Shown here: one piece after another, positions 1 through 8,585 of the stretch | Numbering within the stretch: position 1 is the stretch's first letter | Layout: each line of letters begins with the position of its first letter | Origin: Synechococcales cyanobacterium VAR_4_metabat_354 | GTDB taxonomy: Bacteria; Cyanobacteriota; Cyanobacteriia; Cyanobacteriales; Chamaesiphonaceae | Reading direction: 5' to 3' | Length of the DNA stretch: 25,503 nt | NCBI GenBank assembly: GCA_031414775.1 | Contig: JANOQI010000049.1 | Location: 1-25,503 of the forward strand | Position numbers and translations under genes: made by a program | Notes under the pieces: generated by a model | Database searches by the model: none | What the model was told of the DNA's origin: nothing | What the model saw: the letters and a program-made list of their open reading frames with translations, nothing else

Positions 1-82
1 TCTGCAATTCTTCCCACAGCGCAACAATCAAGGCATCTTTGGCCTCGTTAGAGAGCTGTTTTAAGTCTGGAAGTTTTTTCAT
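1..82 (-). CDS. N-terminus of a probable IS66-family transposase (partial, runs off the window start)
   Basis: ATG at 82-80 translates to MKKLPDLKQLSNEAKDALIVALWEELQ..., a helical leader recalled from cyanobacterial IS66 transposases. Not in the ORF track because it has no stop in the window. Confidence 0.65.
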   Translation of the reverse strand, partial: MKKLPDLKQLSNEAKDALIVALWEELQ

Positions 83-88
83 GCCACC

Positions 89-116
89 ACTTTACCGGGT
101 TTATATTTTTTGTCAA
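89..116 (-). promoter_or_regulatory. Sigma70-type promoter inside the IS end
   Basis: Minus strand: TTGACA (116-111), 16-nt spacer, TAAAGT (94-89), 6 nt, then ATG (82). Confidence 0.55.
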
Positions 117-139
117 GCTACCCCTAGTTGAGCAATTAC

Positions 140-242
140 CAAAAATATACTCATCAGCTCGATTGGGTGGCTGCGGTAGCAGCTCAAACAAAAGAGTCGG
201 CGATTGCTGGAATAGTTGAAAAAAGATCGTGTCTCGACGCAT
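140..242 (-). pseudogene. 5' fragment of an Rpn-family / DUF2887 (PD-(D/E)XK putative transposase-like) gene, interrupted by the IS
   Basis: MRRDTIFFQLFQQSPTLLFELLPQPPNRADEYIF matches the typical cyanobacterial DUF2887/Rpn N-terminus. After 34 codons the sequence runs into the GTAA IS end. Confidence 0.75.
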
Positions 243-376
243 GAAATTCTAGTCGAAAGGCTGTTGAATATTAATCTGGTAGCTATACTATAGCCCGCTA
301 CGGTAATATTCCAAATCTTGCTTGATCGAACTATTATCGATAAAGCCTCACCCAATATCAAATAGATTTAGCTCGA

Positions 377-1360
377 TTATTTATCATCAAAATGCTGGAA
401 CTGTTGGTATTCAGTGAAAGGCAAAGAGAAGTCTAGATCTTGAGAATCAACCAACATTAGCTCCAATTCTGATGTGATTTCACCAATAATCGCTGCACCT
501 ATCCCCAATTTCTCCACTAAAACTGTTGCAGCTGCCGGGGACATACATAATACCAATTCAAAATCTTCACCGCCCCCGAGCGTCCATTCCAAGGCTAACT
601 CGGGCGTGAGCTTATATATAGTTCGATCGATCGGTAACAACTGTCGATCGATCTGTGCCCCCACGCCACTAGCTAGGCAAATCTGCGCCACGGCATCAAC
701 TAAGCCATCGCTGCTATCCATCCCGGCAATTGGCTGCGACCAATCTAATAAGGGCAAAACATCCAAACGCGGTTGCGGTCGCTGATGCGCCGTTATTAAA
801 TATTGATGTTCGATCGAACTTAGATGATTACCTAAATCGGGATTTAGCAACAGCTCCAACCCGGCCTTGGATTTACCATGGGTGCCAGTTACCACAATGA
901 CAAATCCAGGTAAGGCTTTGCACCGCTGAATTATGTGGTCTTTCGGTACCTCGCCCACGGCGGTAATTGCGATTGAGATGGTGTTTGATCGACAGACATC
1001 GCCACCAATAATCCCAGTGCCATAAACATCTACACAGGACTTCATCCCGGCATACAGTTCTTCTACCCAGGCCACTCTGGTAGAGCCAGGGAGACTTAAG
1101 CCCACTGTAATTCCCAGGGGTGTGGCACCCATGGCGGCTAAATCGGAGAGGTTTGCGGCGATCGATCGCCAGCCCACATCATTAGCGCTAGTTGTCACCT
1201 CGCTGAAATGAACATTATCTACTAAGACATCGGTAGTAATAGCGATCGAATGACCGTCTTGGGCGGTGAGGAGGGCCGCATCATCACCAACGGCACCAGG
1301 CACACAAAAAGGAAATAGGCGCTGGAGCAACCCAGCTTCACCAATATCGGCAACTTTCAC
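377..1360 (-). CDS. thiL: Thiamine-monophosphate kinase
   Basis: Motifs GE..LL, VGDDAA, TTDVLVDNVHF, NLSDLAAMGA, IIGGD, MDSSDGL and GGEDFEL. Confidence 0.96.
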   Translation of the reverse strand: MKVADIGEAGLLQRLFPFCVPGAVGDDAALLTAQDGHSIAITTDVLVDNVHFSEVTTSANDVGWRSIAANLSDLAAMGATPLGITVGLSLPGSTRVAWVEELYAGMKSCVDVYGTGIIGGDVCRSNTISIAITAVGEVPKDHIIQRCKALPGFVIVVTGTHGKSKAGLELLLNPDLGNHLSSIEHQYLITAHQRPQPRLDVLPLLDWSQPIAGMDSSDGLVDAVAQICLASGVGAQIDRQLLPIDRTIYKLTPELALEWTLGGGEDFELVLCMSPAAATVLVEKLGIGAAIIGEITSELELMLVDSQDLDFSLPFTEYQQFQHFDDK

Positions 1361-1476
1361 AAAAATCCAGCCTGCATGAATTATATCTTCGCTCTTGTAC
1401 CATCATCAAAAAATCACAGACATCCCCAAAATTGCGTATCAGAAGATGGGCGACAAAAGAATAGTGTCGGAGTTAA

Positions 1477-2040
1477 TTAAGCCATGACTAACAAGGGTTG
1501 CTGCGTCTCTGCTACCGCCGTGGCCCAATGTCCCTTAAAATCTTTTCTCGATTCATTGTTAGGCGATTTATAAACACCAAAGCCCTGACTGGTTGGTAGC
1601 TGGTATTTCTGCCCGGTGAGACGCTCCCAAAATCGAATTATTTTTGGTAGCTCATTTTGCAAATTACCGCCGTGGCAATACCAAGGAAAACAAAATATTT
1701 CTGATGTGGGGAGATCAAAGTATCTTTCTATTTCTAGAAATCTCCCGCGTCGGAACATATCGATCGCCTTTTCAAAATCTAACAAATCTGATAGACTAGT
1801 AGATATGAGTCCAGCTCTAGCAAAGTCTTGGCCAAGTTGATAGGGAGCGAAGCTCAGATTCATCAACCTAATCAAAGTGATCGTCGCCGCACAGCCAGAA
1901 CACACACCATTCTTCCAGATCCCGAATGTAATAAAATCCAAGCGGAAGTTCTTGATTGATTTGTAAGTTATTAGTCCATCAATCATGGCTTTAATCGCGA
2001 TCGCTGGGTTATGACCACAAAGTGTTCTGATTGTATTCAT
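1477..2040 (-). CDS. Hypothetical protein with a CxxC motif (CSGCAAT)
   Basis: 187-aa ORF filling the gap between co-oriented genes; AT-richer than its neighbours; no family recognised. Confidence 0.65.
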   Translation of the reverse strand: MNTIRTLCGHNPAIAIKAMIDGLITYKSIKNFRLDFITFGIWKNGVCSGCAATITLIRLMNLSFAPYQLGQDFARAGLISTSLSDLLDFEKAIDMFRRGRFLEIERYFDLPTSEIFCFPWYCHGGNLQNELPKIIRFWERLTGQKYQLPTSQGFGVYKSPNNESRKDFKGHWATAVAETQQPLLVMA

Positions 2041-2170
2041 ATTTAATGCCTATTTGATTTTCTGAAATGGATGTTGAGAAAGATATTAAGGGCAACACCC
2101 CATTTTAATAATAGTGCTTGATTAAGCCGCGATCAATTCTCTCTCCTTTTTGGAATCATGCCCAGAAAAT

Positions 2171-5164
2171 TCAATTCCGATCGGTAGTAGCTGATTGGTC
2201 ATTACTCAAGCAGTAGTAAATACCCCGTTTTTGCACCAGTTCCGAGTGGGTTCCAACCTCCGCCACCATGCCCTTATCCATCACTAAGATCTGGTCAGCA
2301 TCTTGCACCGTTCGCAGGCGGTGAGTAATACAGAAAATAGTGATGCCCCGAAAATTATTGACCAGATTGTGACAAACCTGACGCTCGGTATCATAGTCTA
2401 AGGCACTAGTGGCCTCATCTAAAATCAGTAACCGGGGGCGCTGGAGAATGGTGCGAGCGATCGCCAGTCGTTGTTTTTGTCCACCTGATAAATTTGAACC
2501 TCTTTCGCCGACCCGCGTATTATAACCATTGGGCAAAGTCATAATAAAATCGTGAGCTACGGCAATTTTAGCCGCTTGAATAATTTCTTCGGTAGTGGCA
2601 TCTGGGTAGTTAATCGCAATATTTTCTTGTACCGTGCCCTCAAACAGCAGCGGATCTTGGGAGACAATTCCAATCTGCTCGCGCAAAGAATAGAGTTCTA
2701 CTTTGCCGATATCATAGTTGTCGATTGTAATCCGTCCTTTGGTTGGTTCATACAGCCGGGGCAATAGTTTCATCAGCGTACTTTTCCCGGAGCCACTCTG
2801 TCCTACGATTCCTACAAAAGAACCTGGCTCAAAGGTGAGATTGATCCGATGCAACTGGGGACGACCATGATTAGTAAATTGGAAGGTCAGATCTTCGTAG
2901 GTGACTTTGCCTTGGATTAAAGGCATTGGGATGTTGAAGCGGTTTTCATCTTCTACTTCCAGTGGCGAATCCACGATATCACTCAGGCGTTCGATCGATA
3001 GGGCTGTTTCCTGGAAATTTTGCCAAATGGTCAAGAGCCGTAATAGTGGCCCAGTAACATAACCAGCGATAATCCGAAAGGCAATCAGCTGTCCTAATGT
3101 GAGTTGGTGATCGAGCACCAAAGAAGCCCCCACCCATAGCACCAGCAAGCTAGAGAGCTGATTCAAGAAGTTACTACTAGAGCCAGCGAGGGTGAAAGTG
3201 ATGGTGCTATTAAAACTAGCTGCCACATATCGGTCGTAAAAAGTTTGCCACTGGTTACGACTGCGCCGCTCCATACTCTGGGCTTTCACTGTGTAAATGC
3301 CGCCCAGGGCTTCTACTAAATAGGATTGGTTGCGAGCATTACACTCGGCCTTCACCCGCAGTTGGCGACGGACAATGGGGGAAACCACCACGCTCAAAAT
3401 TACAAATAGTGGGATGGTCGAAAGTGCAACCCCGGTTAGCAGCGGACTATAGAACAACATCACCACGATATACATCACCGAAAACACCGCATCCAAAATA
3501 GTGGTGAGTGCTGTGCTGGTGAAAAACTGGCGAATTTTGTCAATCTCAGCAATTCTGGTAGACAATTCCCCCACGGCTCGCCGGTCGAAGTAGCTGAGAG
3601 GCAGATGGAAGAGATGATCAATAATTTTAGCGGCCAGCGCCAAATCAATGCGGTTGGTGGCATTGGCAAAAGCGATCGTCCGAATACTGGTCAAAATACT
3701 CTCGAAAAAGGCTACTACGATTAGCAAAATTCCGAAAATGGCTAGTGTCGGTGCACTATTTTGGCCTAACACTCGATCGATAATCACTTGCACCAAGAGT
3801 GGGTTAGCCAAGCCCAGAATTTGGACAAAGAAAGAAGCGATCAAGACTTCCACCAAAACCTTTATTTCGGGTTTCAGGTAAGGAACCAACCAACTCAGGC
3901 CAAATTTCTGATGCTGGATATTCTTGGTTTCTTGCAAGAGCAATACCTGAATCGAAGCCTGGGGACTATCGCCCACCAAATAAATAAACCGGTCAAAACG
4001 CAGTTTTTGTACTCCGGCTTGAGGAGTACCCAAGATTACTTGCTGTTCATTGGCGTGGTAGATCACCGCGTAACTATCTTCCCAGGCAATAATCGCCGGA
4101 TTTTTAATCCGACAAATTTGGTGAGCGGGCATCTCCATGAGCCGTCCCATCAAGCCCAAAACATCGGCGATTGCATTGCATAGTTGCAAAGAAGCCTGGT
4201 TGTTGCGACTGAGCTGCATATCGACCAGGCGTTGCACCGTCTCGCGCCGATATTTAATTCCTAAATACATACTGAGCATCTGGAAGCAGGCCAAAATTCC
4301 ATCTCTAACACCTTCGCCACGCACTGCCGGGAATTTCCCACTAGTTTGGGTCTGGTTGGAGTTCAGGTGGGTAGTGGGAACGGCAAAATCGGTATTAGTA
4401 ACTTGAAAATCTAAGTCTGGTGCATAGTCCACCAGCTCGGCGGTGATCGCCGAGGTCTCTGCCCAGCTATCATCCACAGCCGCGCTAGTAGTCATTGAAT
4501 GAGTACTCAGGCCGACTAACCGGCGGTGGGGATTGAGGGGATTAGTTGTAATTGGCTGACCCATGCTAGAAATTTCAGCTTTGCTATCAAACCACAATCG
4601 ATCGATCATCAATAAGTCTGGTAATTGCTCCGCTACCACCGCGCTCTCCCACACCTGGTGAATGAGCTGACCGAGATCACTATTTCTGGGCAGTGCTAAG
4701 TTTTGGCGCTGGTAATAGCGGGTAATTAGGTCAAAAACCTCCGCTAATTGGGGAGCCTGAAACATCGCAGCGGCGGTGGGGTGCTGCTGAAGTAAGTGGC
4801 TAAACTCCGCAGCGGATATGACCAAACAGATGGTTTCCTCGGAAGCTAAAGCTGTTTCACAGGGAATCTGCCGGATCAGACTGACCCAACCCAGCAGCGC
4901 GCCAGCTTCTAAAACTTGCAATGAGACTGGCTGTCCAGTGCTGGGTTCGATGCCCACCAAGCGCACTTTCCCACTAAAAATAATCAATACCTGGCTGGGC
5001 AGTTGCTCCTTAATCAACATTTTTTGCCCCATCCGAAACCGCAAGGGCTTCATTTTACTGATGCAAGCTTGTAAGTCCGGGGCTGATAATTGATCGAAAA
5101 AGGCGATCGACTGTAAAAATGTCTGGATATCGCTACTGGTAATGCTAGATGCTTGGTTGTTCAT
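2171..5164 (-). CDS. hlyB: Type I secretion ABC transporter (HlyB family): cNMP-binding domain, degenerate C39-like domain, TMD and NBD
   Basis: Walker A GQSGSGKST, signature LSGGQKQR, Walker B LILDEATSALD, H-loop ITHRL, TMD motif LPLSYFDRRAVGEL, N-terminal cNMP-like domain. ATG 5164 (MNNQASS) is preferred as start because the longer ORF overlaps the upstream gene. Confidence 0.93.
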   Translation of the reverse strand: MNNQASSITSSDIQTFLQSIAFFDQLSAPDLQACISKMKPLRFRMGQKMLIKEQLPSQVLIIFSGKVRLVGIEPSTGQPVSLQVLEAGALLGWVSLIRQIPCETALASEETICLVISAAEFSHLLQQHPTAAAMFQAPQLAEVFDLITRYYQRQNLALPRNSDLGQLIHQVWESAVVAEQLPDLLMIDRLWFDSKAEISSMGQPITTNPLNPHRRLVGLSTHSMTTSAAVDDSWAETSAITAELVDYAPDLDFQVTNTDFAVPTTHLNSNQTQTSGKFPAVRGEGVRDGILACFQMLSMYLGIKYRRETVQRLVDMQLSRNNQASLQLCNAIADVLGLMGRLMEMPAHQICRIKNPAIIAWEDSYAVIYHANEQQVILGTPQAGVQKLRFDRFIYLVGDSPQASIQVLLLQETKNIQHQKFGLSWLVPYLKPEIKVLVEVLIASFFVQILGLANPLLVQVIIDRVLGQNSAPTLAIFGILLIVVAFFESILTSIRTIAFANATNRIDLALAAKIIDHLFHLPLSYFDRRAVGELSTRIAEIDKIRQFFTSTALTTILDAVFSVMYIVVMLFYSPLLTGVALSTIPLFVILSVVVSPIVRRQLRVKAECNARNQSYLVEALGGIYTVKAQSMERRSRNQWQTFYDRYVAASFNSTITFTLAGSSSNFLNQLSSLLVLWVGASLVLDHQLTLGQLIAFRIIAGYVTGPLLRLLTIWQNFQETALSIERLSDIVDSPLEVEDENRFNIPMPLIQGKVTYEDLTFQFTNHGRPQLHRINLTFEPGSFVGIVGQSGSGKSTLMKLLPRLYEPTKGRITIDNYDIGKVELYSLREQIGIVSQDPLLFEGTVQENIAINYPDATTEEIIQAAKIAVAHDFIMTLPNGYNTRVGERGSNLSGGQKQRLAIARTILQRPRLLILDEATSALDYDTERQVCHNLVNNFRGITIFCITHRLRTVQDADQILVMDKGMVAEVGTHSELVQKRGIYYCLSNDQSATTDRN

Positions 5165-5211
5165 AATCTGGGCTAGAGGGCGATGGTCTGAGGTACTGTG
5201 GTGGGGTCTGG

Positions 5212-5934
5212 TCAAACCACCAATAATTTTTGAACTTCTGCTGCTACCCACTGGTTAAATAGTTCTTCGGTGAGGTGCTGACGCATTTGGTCATCCAGTT
5301 GAGCGGCGATGATTTTTTCTAATTGCATCACTACCCACCAGTCGCCAATTTTGACGGGGGCTAAAACCTCGGCGGCGGGGGCGGCGATCAGGATGTTAGC
5401 TAGGGCTGGATCGATTTTCCCCAGCTCTATAGGGCCACTAATGCCTTTGGTATTAGCTTCCATGCCTGCGGAATAAAGCGGTGCTAGTTCGACAAAAGAT
5501 GACTCTTTGGCCATCAGTCGGAAGTAGATTTCTTCGGCAATGTCCAAGTCTTTGACCCGAACCATCGAAAAAACCACCTGGTCAATTTGAGATTTGCGCT
5601 GGCAAAAGTAGGATTCTACTTGGTTTGCCCACTTGGTAGTTTTGAATTTGTGTAGTTGTAGTTCTCGATTAATTAAATCTACTAAATCTGTTCTGGCCAA
5701 GCGCTGTCGCTGGAGCCATTGCTCCAAATCTTGCTCGCTCTGGAGCTGTTGTTGCTGATAGAATTTTTTACAGGCTGCTAAGTGTTCTGTTTCAGAAATG
5801 GGTTGCTGCTGAATGGCCTCGGTAATCACGATCTCGCGTGCTAACTGCGGGACTAGTCGATGTTTAGTGATCAGGGATAGAACTTGGTCGGCGGTAAAAG
5901 CTCGATCGCCAATGGGCAGCGTAGCAGCAGACAT
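5212..5934 (-). CDS. PpiC/parvulin-type peptidyl-prolyl isomerase (T1SS-associated foldase)
   Basis: AEEIYFRL..ESSFVELAPLYS..E...G..GP is typical of the cyanobacterial PpiC proteins found between hlyD and hlyB. Confidence 0.88.
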   Translation of the reverse strand: MSAATLPIGDRAFTADQVLSLITKHRLVPQLAREIVITEAIQQQPISETEHLAACKKFYQQQQLQSEQDLEQWLQRQRLARTDLVDLINRELQLHKFKTTKWANQVESYFCQRKSQIDQVVFSMVRVKDLDIAEEIYFRLMAKESSFVELAPLYSAGMEANTKGISGPIELGKIDPALANILIAAPAAEVLAPVKIGDWWVVMQLEKIIAAQLDDQMRQHLTEELFNQWVAAEVQKLLVV

Positions 5935-6018
5935 AGATCAATTCCTGGTTAGTTTTGTTAAAGTATTTTGACAAAGTGGGAGGCTGAAACTATCGGTATC
6001 AAATCAATCTCAGGATTA

Positions 6019-7863
6019 TTAGCGCAAATTTTTCACGCCATCAGACTGCTTAGCAAACATATCGGTAAAGATACTCAGCACCGTTCGATCTCGCAGTTTA
6101 ATATTGGCTTTAACCGACGAGCCAGATTTTAGTTGTTTAGATTCACCCTTAATTACTAAATTCTGTCTGGCGAGCTTTATTTTGGCGGGGAACCGGGCAT
6201 AGGGATTTTGTTGATCGGGCGGTAGAGCGTCAGATCCAATCCATTCCACCTGTCCTTTCACATCGCCAAACTCACTAAAATTGAAGGTATCAATCCGCAC
6301 ATCTACTGGCTGACCGACTTTGACAAACCCGATATCTTTGTTAGTGATATAGATTTTGGCAATGACATCATTGCCAGGGACGATTTGCACCAAGGCTTCT
6401 GCTGAATTATTATTCACTACGCCATCTTGATAAGCCTTCAGCTCAAAAACCTCACCAGCTACTGGTGATCGAATCTCTTGGTATTTCAAACTTTGCTGGG
6501 CTTGAATGGTCTGATTGGTAATCTCCGCGATTTTTTTTTCATTTTCGACGATCGACTTATTCAGCTGACTATCAATTTCGGCGATTCGTTTATCGTTGTC
6601 GGCCAGCCTGGTAAATAGATCTTTGCGGTTGACGGCCAGGTTGTTATCGAGTTTGACGTTACCCTGACTAGCGCTCAGCTGCAAGCGGGCATATTCTTCA
6701 TCCAGTTGACCAATCTCCGATTGGCGCTGCTTAATCAGTTGTTGTTGTTCTTGACTCCGTTGCCCTTGGCGCTGGAGATCGGCGGTGCCGTTAGCCGCCA
6801 ACTTTTGCTTTTCTAGTTGTAGTCGCGCTTGTTCTTGCCGCTGCTGCTCCAAATCACTAGCACGGCTAATTACTTCTTGCTCTTGGCGTTTGACTTGAGC
6901 AGTGGCGATCGCCCCCGCCACTGCTGCTGGTTGGATACTGGCTAAAAGTTCTTGGTTAATGTTTAGGGTTTGCTTCGTCGCACTGATCCGGGCTTTATTC
7001 TGGGAGATTTGTCGATCGATCTGACTGAGTGATGTTAAGACCCCATCCCGACCACTAGCTATTTCGGCGGTAATACTAGCGATATTAGATCTAATGCCGT
7101 CTAGTTGATCCACTAGACCTTGGCGACGCACTCGATTTTCGCTGATCTGTCTTTGCACTTGACCAATTTCCAGCTTGCCCGCTGACAGCCGGGTATTGAG
7201 TTCATTCACGTTGGAAAACAACCGCTGTTGCTGATCCGGACTTAAACTAGCCGTATTTTTACCACTCATTTCTGCTTGGTACAGCTGGTTTTCGGCTACT
7301 AAAGCATTGCGACTTTTGGTGAGAGCTAGTACTTCGGGCTTAATTTGGAGCTGGGCGGTATTAATTTTAACTGCGCTCCCCGGACTCATCTGCGATCGAT
7401 AGAAAGCATTTTCGGTTTCAAGTGAAACTTTGGTGCTAGCCAGGGAAGTAAGCTGTGCTTCTGGCACGGTCGATTCTAGTTTCATCAACAAATCACCAGC
7501 TTTGACCCGGTCACCGTTTTTGATGTAAATTTGCTTAACAATGCCGCCGATCGGTGCCTGAATTTTGTGCGCTCCATCGAGGGACTCTAATTTGCCATCA
7601 GCAGGAATTGCTTCCTCAATCCGAGCCAATGCCGCCCAGCTAATACCAGCTATTATTAAGCCCATAATGCCCCAGGCGATCGATCGAGACCAAATTTGAG
7701 ACTGTTGGAAAATTACGGACTGGCTAGCATCGGTAGCAGTTGAGATGCTTGTTTGATCGCTATTACTCAGCGCCGTTGATGCGTCCAACGCTTTTAGCTT
7801 TGGAGTTTCAGCTTTGACGATCTGGACATCACCATGTTGATCTTTAATATTAGAAAGGCTCAT
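6019..7863 (-). CDS. hlyD: HlyD-family membrane fusion protein of the type I secretion system
   Basis: N-terminal TM segment, lipoyl half-motifs IQAPIGGIVKQIYIKNGDRVKAGDLL and IRSPVAGEV, a long coiled coil, and NKDIGFVKVGQPVDVRIDTF. Start is ATG 7863 or TTG 7884. Confidence 0.93.
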   Translation of the reverse strand: MSLSNIKDQHGDVQIVKAETPKLKALDASTALSNSDQTSISTATDASQSVIFQQSQIWSRSIAWGIMGLIIAGISWAALARIEEAIPADGKLESLDGAHKIQAPIGGIVKQIYIKNGDRVKAGDLLMKLESTVPEAQLTSLASTKVSLETENAFYRSQMSPGSAVKINTAQLQIKPEVLALTKSRNALVAENQLYQAEMSGKNTASLSPDQQQRLFSNVNELNTRLSAGKLEIGQVQRQISENRVRRQGLVDQLDGIRSNIASITAEIASGRDGVLTSLSQIDRQISQNKARISATKQTLNINQELLASIQPAAVAGAIATAQVKRQEQEVISRASDLEQQRQEQARLQLEKQKLAANGTADLQRQGQRSQEQQQLIKQRQSEIGQLDEEYARLQLSASQGNVKLDNNLAVNRKDLFTRLADNDKRIAEIDSQLNKSIVENEKKIAEITNQTIQAQQSLKYQEIRSPVAGEVFELKAYQDGVVNNNSAEALVQIVPGNDVIAKIYITNKDIGFVKVGQPVDVRIDTFNFSEFGDVKGQVEWIGSDALPPDQQNPYARFPAKIKLARQNLVIKGESKQLKSGSSVKANIKLRDRTVLSIFTDMFAKQSDGVKNLR

Positions 7864-8488
7864 GATATCAACCAATTTACTCAAAATAACAGTATCAAAT
7901 TAACTTAATGAGGCGAAATTGCTTCCTAATTTATCCCTAAATATTCACTACGGATGTGCAACAATTTGTAGTGTGATATCACTAAAATCCTTCGTGATAT
8001 GAGCCGCTGTCAAAGTTTTAGTTACATCTGATTGGTTGAAATACAATATATAAACCCTGCTAGAATTATAATATAATAATTATGGTTTGCATGATTTACT
8101 AACTCAGCCAATTTATCCTAAATAATTACAATGTCGATGATGTATAGAATTCTTGTACACAGAAAAATATTACTTATAGTCGGCTGTTGCTAGCTAAGGA
8201 TAGAGCATGATTGTTACGATCTTATTATTCCCCACATTTAGGAACATTTTCTATCTTCCAGAAAAATTAGGCTTTATTGATGATTTATAAGTAGCATCAT
8301 ATTTCTGACTTTTATTGTTAAATTTGGTCAGTTATTTATTTTTTATTACTAATTTAATTTATTTCTATCTAACACTTCCTAAAAGATGATAAAAGAAGTC
8401 GGATTCTTCATTTAGTTGAATAATCTCGGCATGACCTTGTTTAATCAGTTTGATAGAGTATTACTAATCTCAAATGGGTAATGTTTTG

Positions 8489-8522
8489 AAAAAAGAGAAG
8501 TTTGGTAAAGTCAAACTTCTCT
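8489..8522 (-). terminator. Intrinsic terminator downstream of the RTX gene
   Basis: Perfect 11-bp stem AGAGAAGTTTG (8494-8504) / CAAACTTCTCT (8512-8522) with a 7-nt loop and a U-tract on the minus strand. Confidence 0.8.
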
Positions 8523-8585
8523 CCAAGGGAGTCTAATTAATTATTCTCCGAATTGCTCAATCGATGAACCTTCCCGCTGTATGAC

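Larger units (their letters stand above)
1..139 (-). mobile_element. Left end of an IS66-like insertion sequence (continues off the window)
   Basis: The minus strand from 139 reads GTAATTGCTCAACTAGGGG; IS66 ends characteristically begin GTAA. This point is exactly where the upstream Rpn-like reading frame loses similarity, and it is followed by an ORF MKKLPDLKQLSNEAKDALIVALWEELQ resembling IS66 transposase N-termini. Confidence 0.7.

Noticed and set aside
48..139. C-terminal 30 aa of the 64-aa ORF
   Set aside because: Read-through into IS sequence, not native protein.
5165..5251. N-terminal extension of hlyB
   Set aside because: It overlaps the PpiC gene; ATG 5164 fits the start of the cNMP domain.
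7885..8480. AT-rich 600-bp gap between the RTX gene and hlyD, with a short repeat AATTTATCC(C)TAAATA
   Set aside because: No ORF or convincing structure; the repeat could arise by chance at this AT content.
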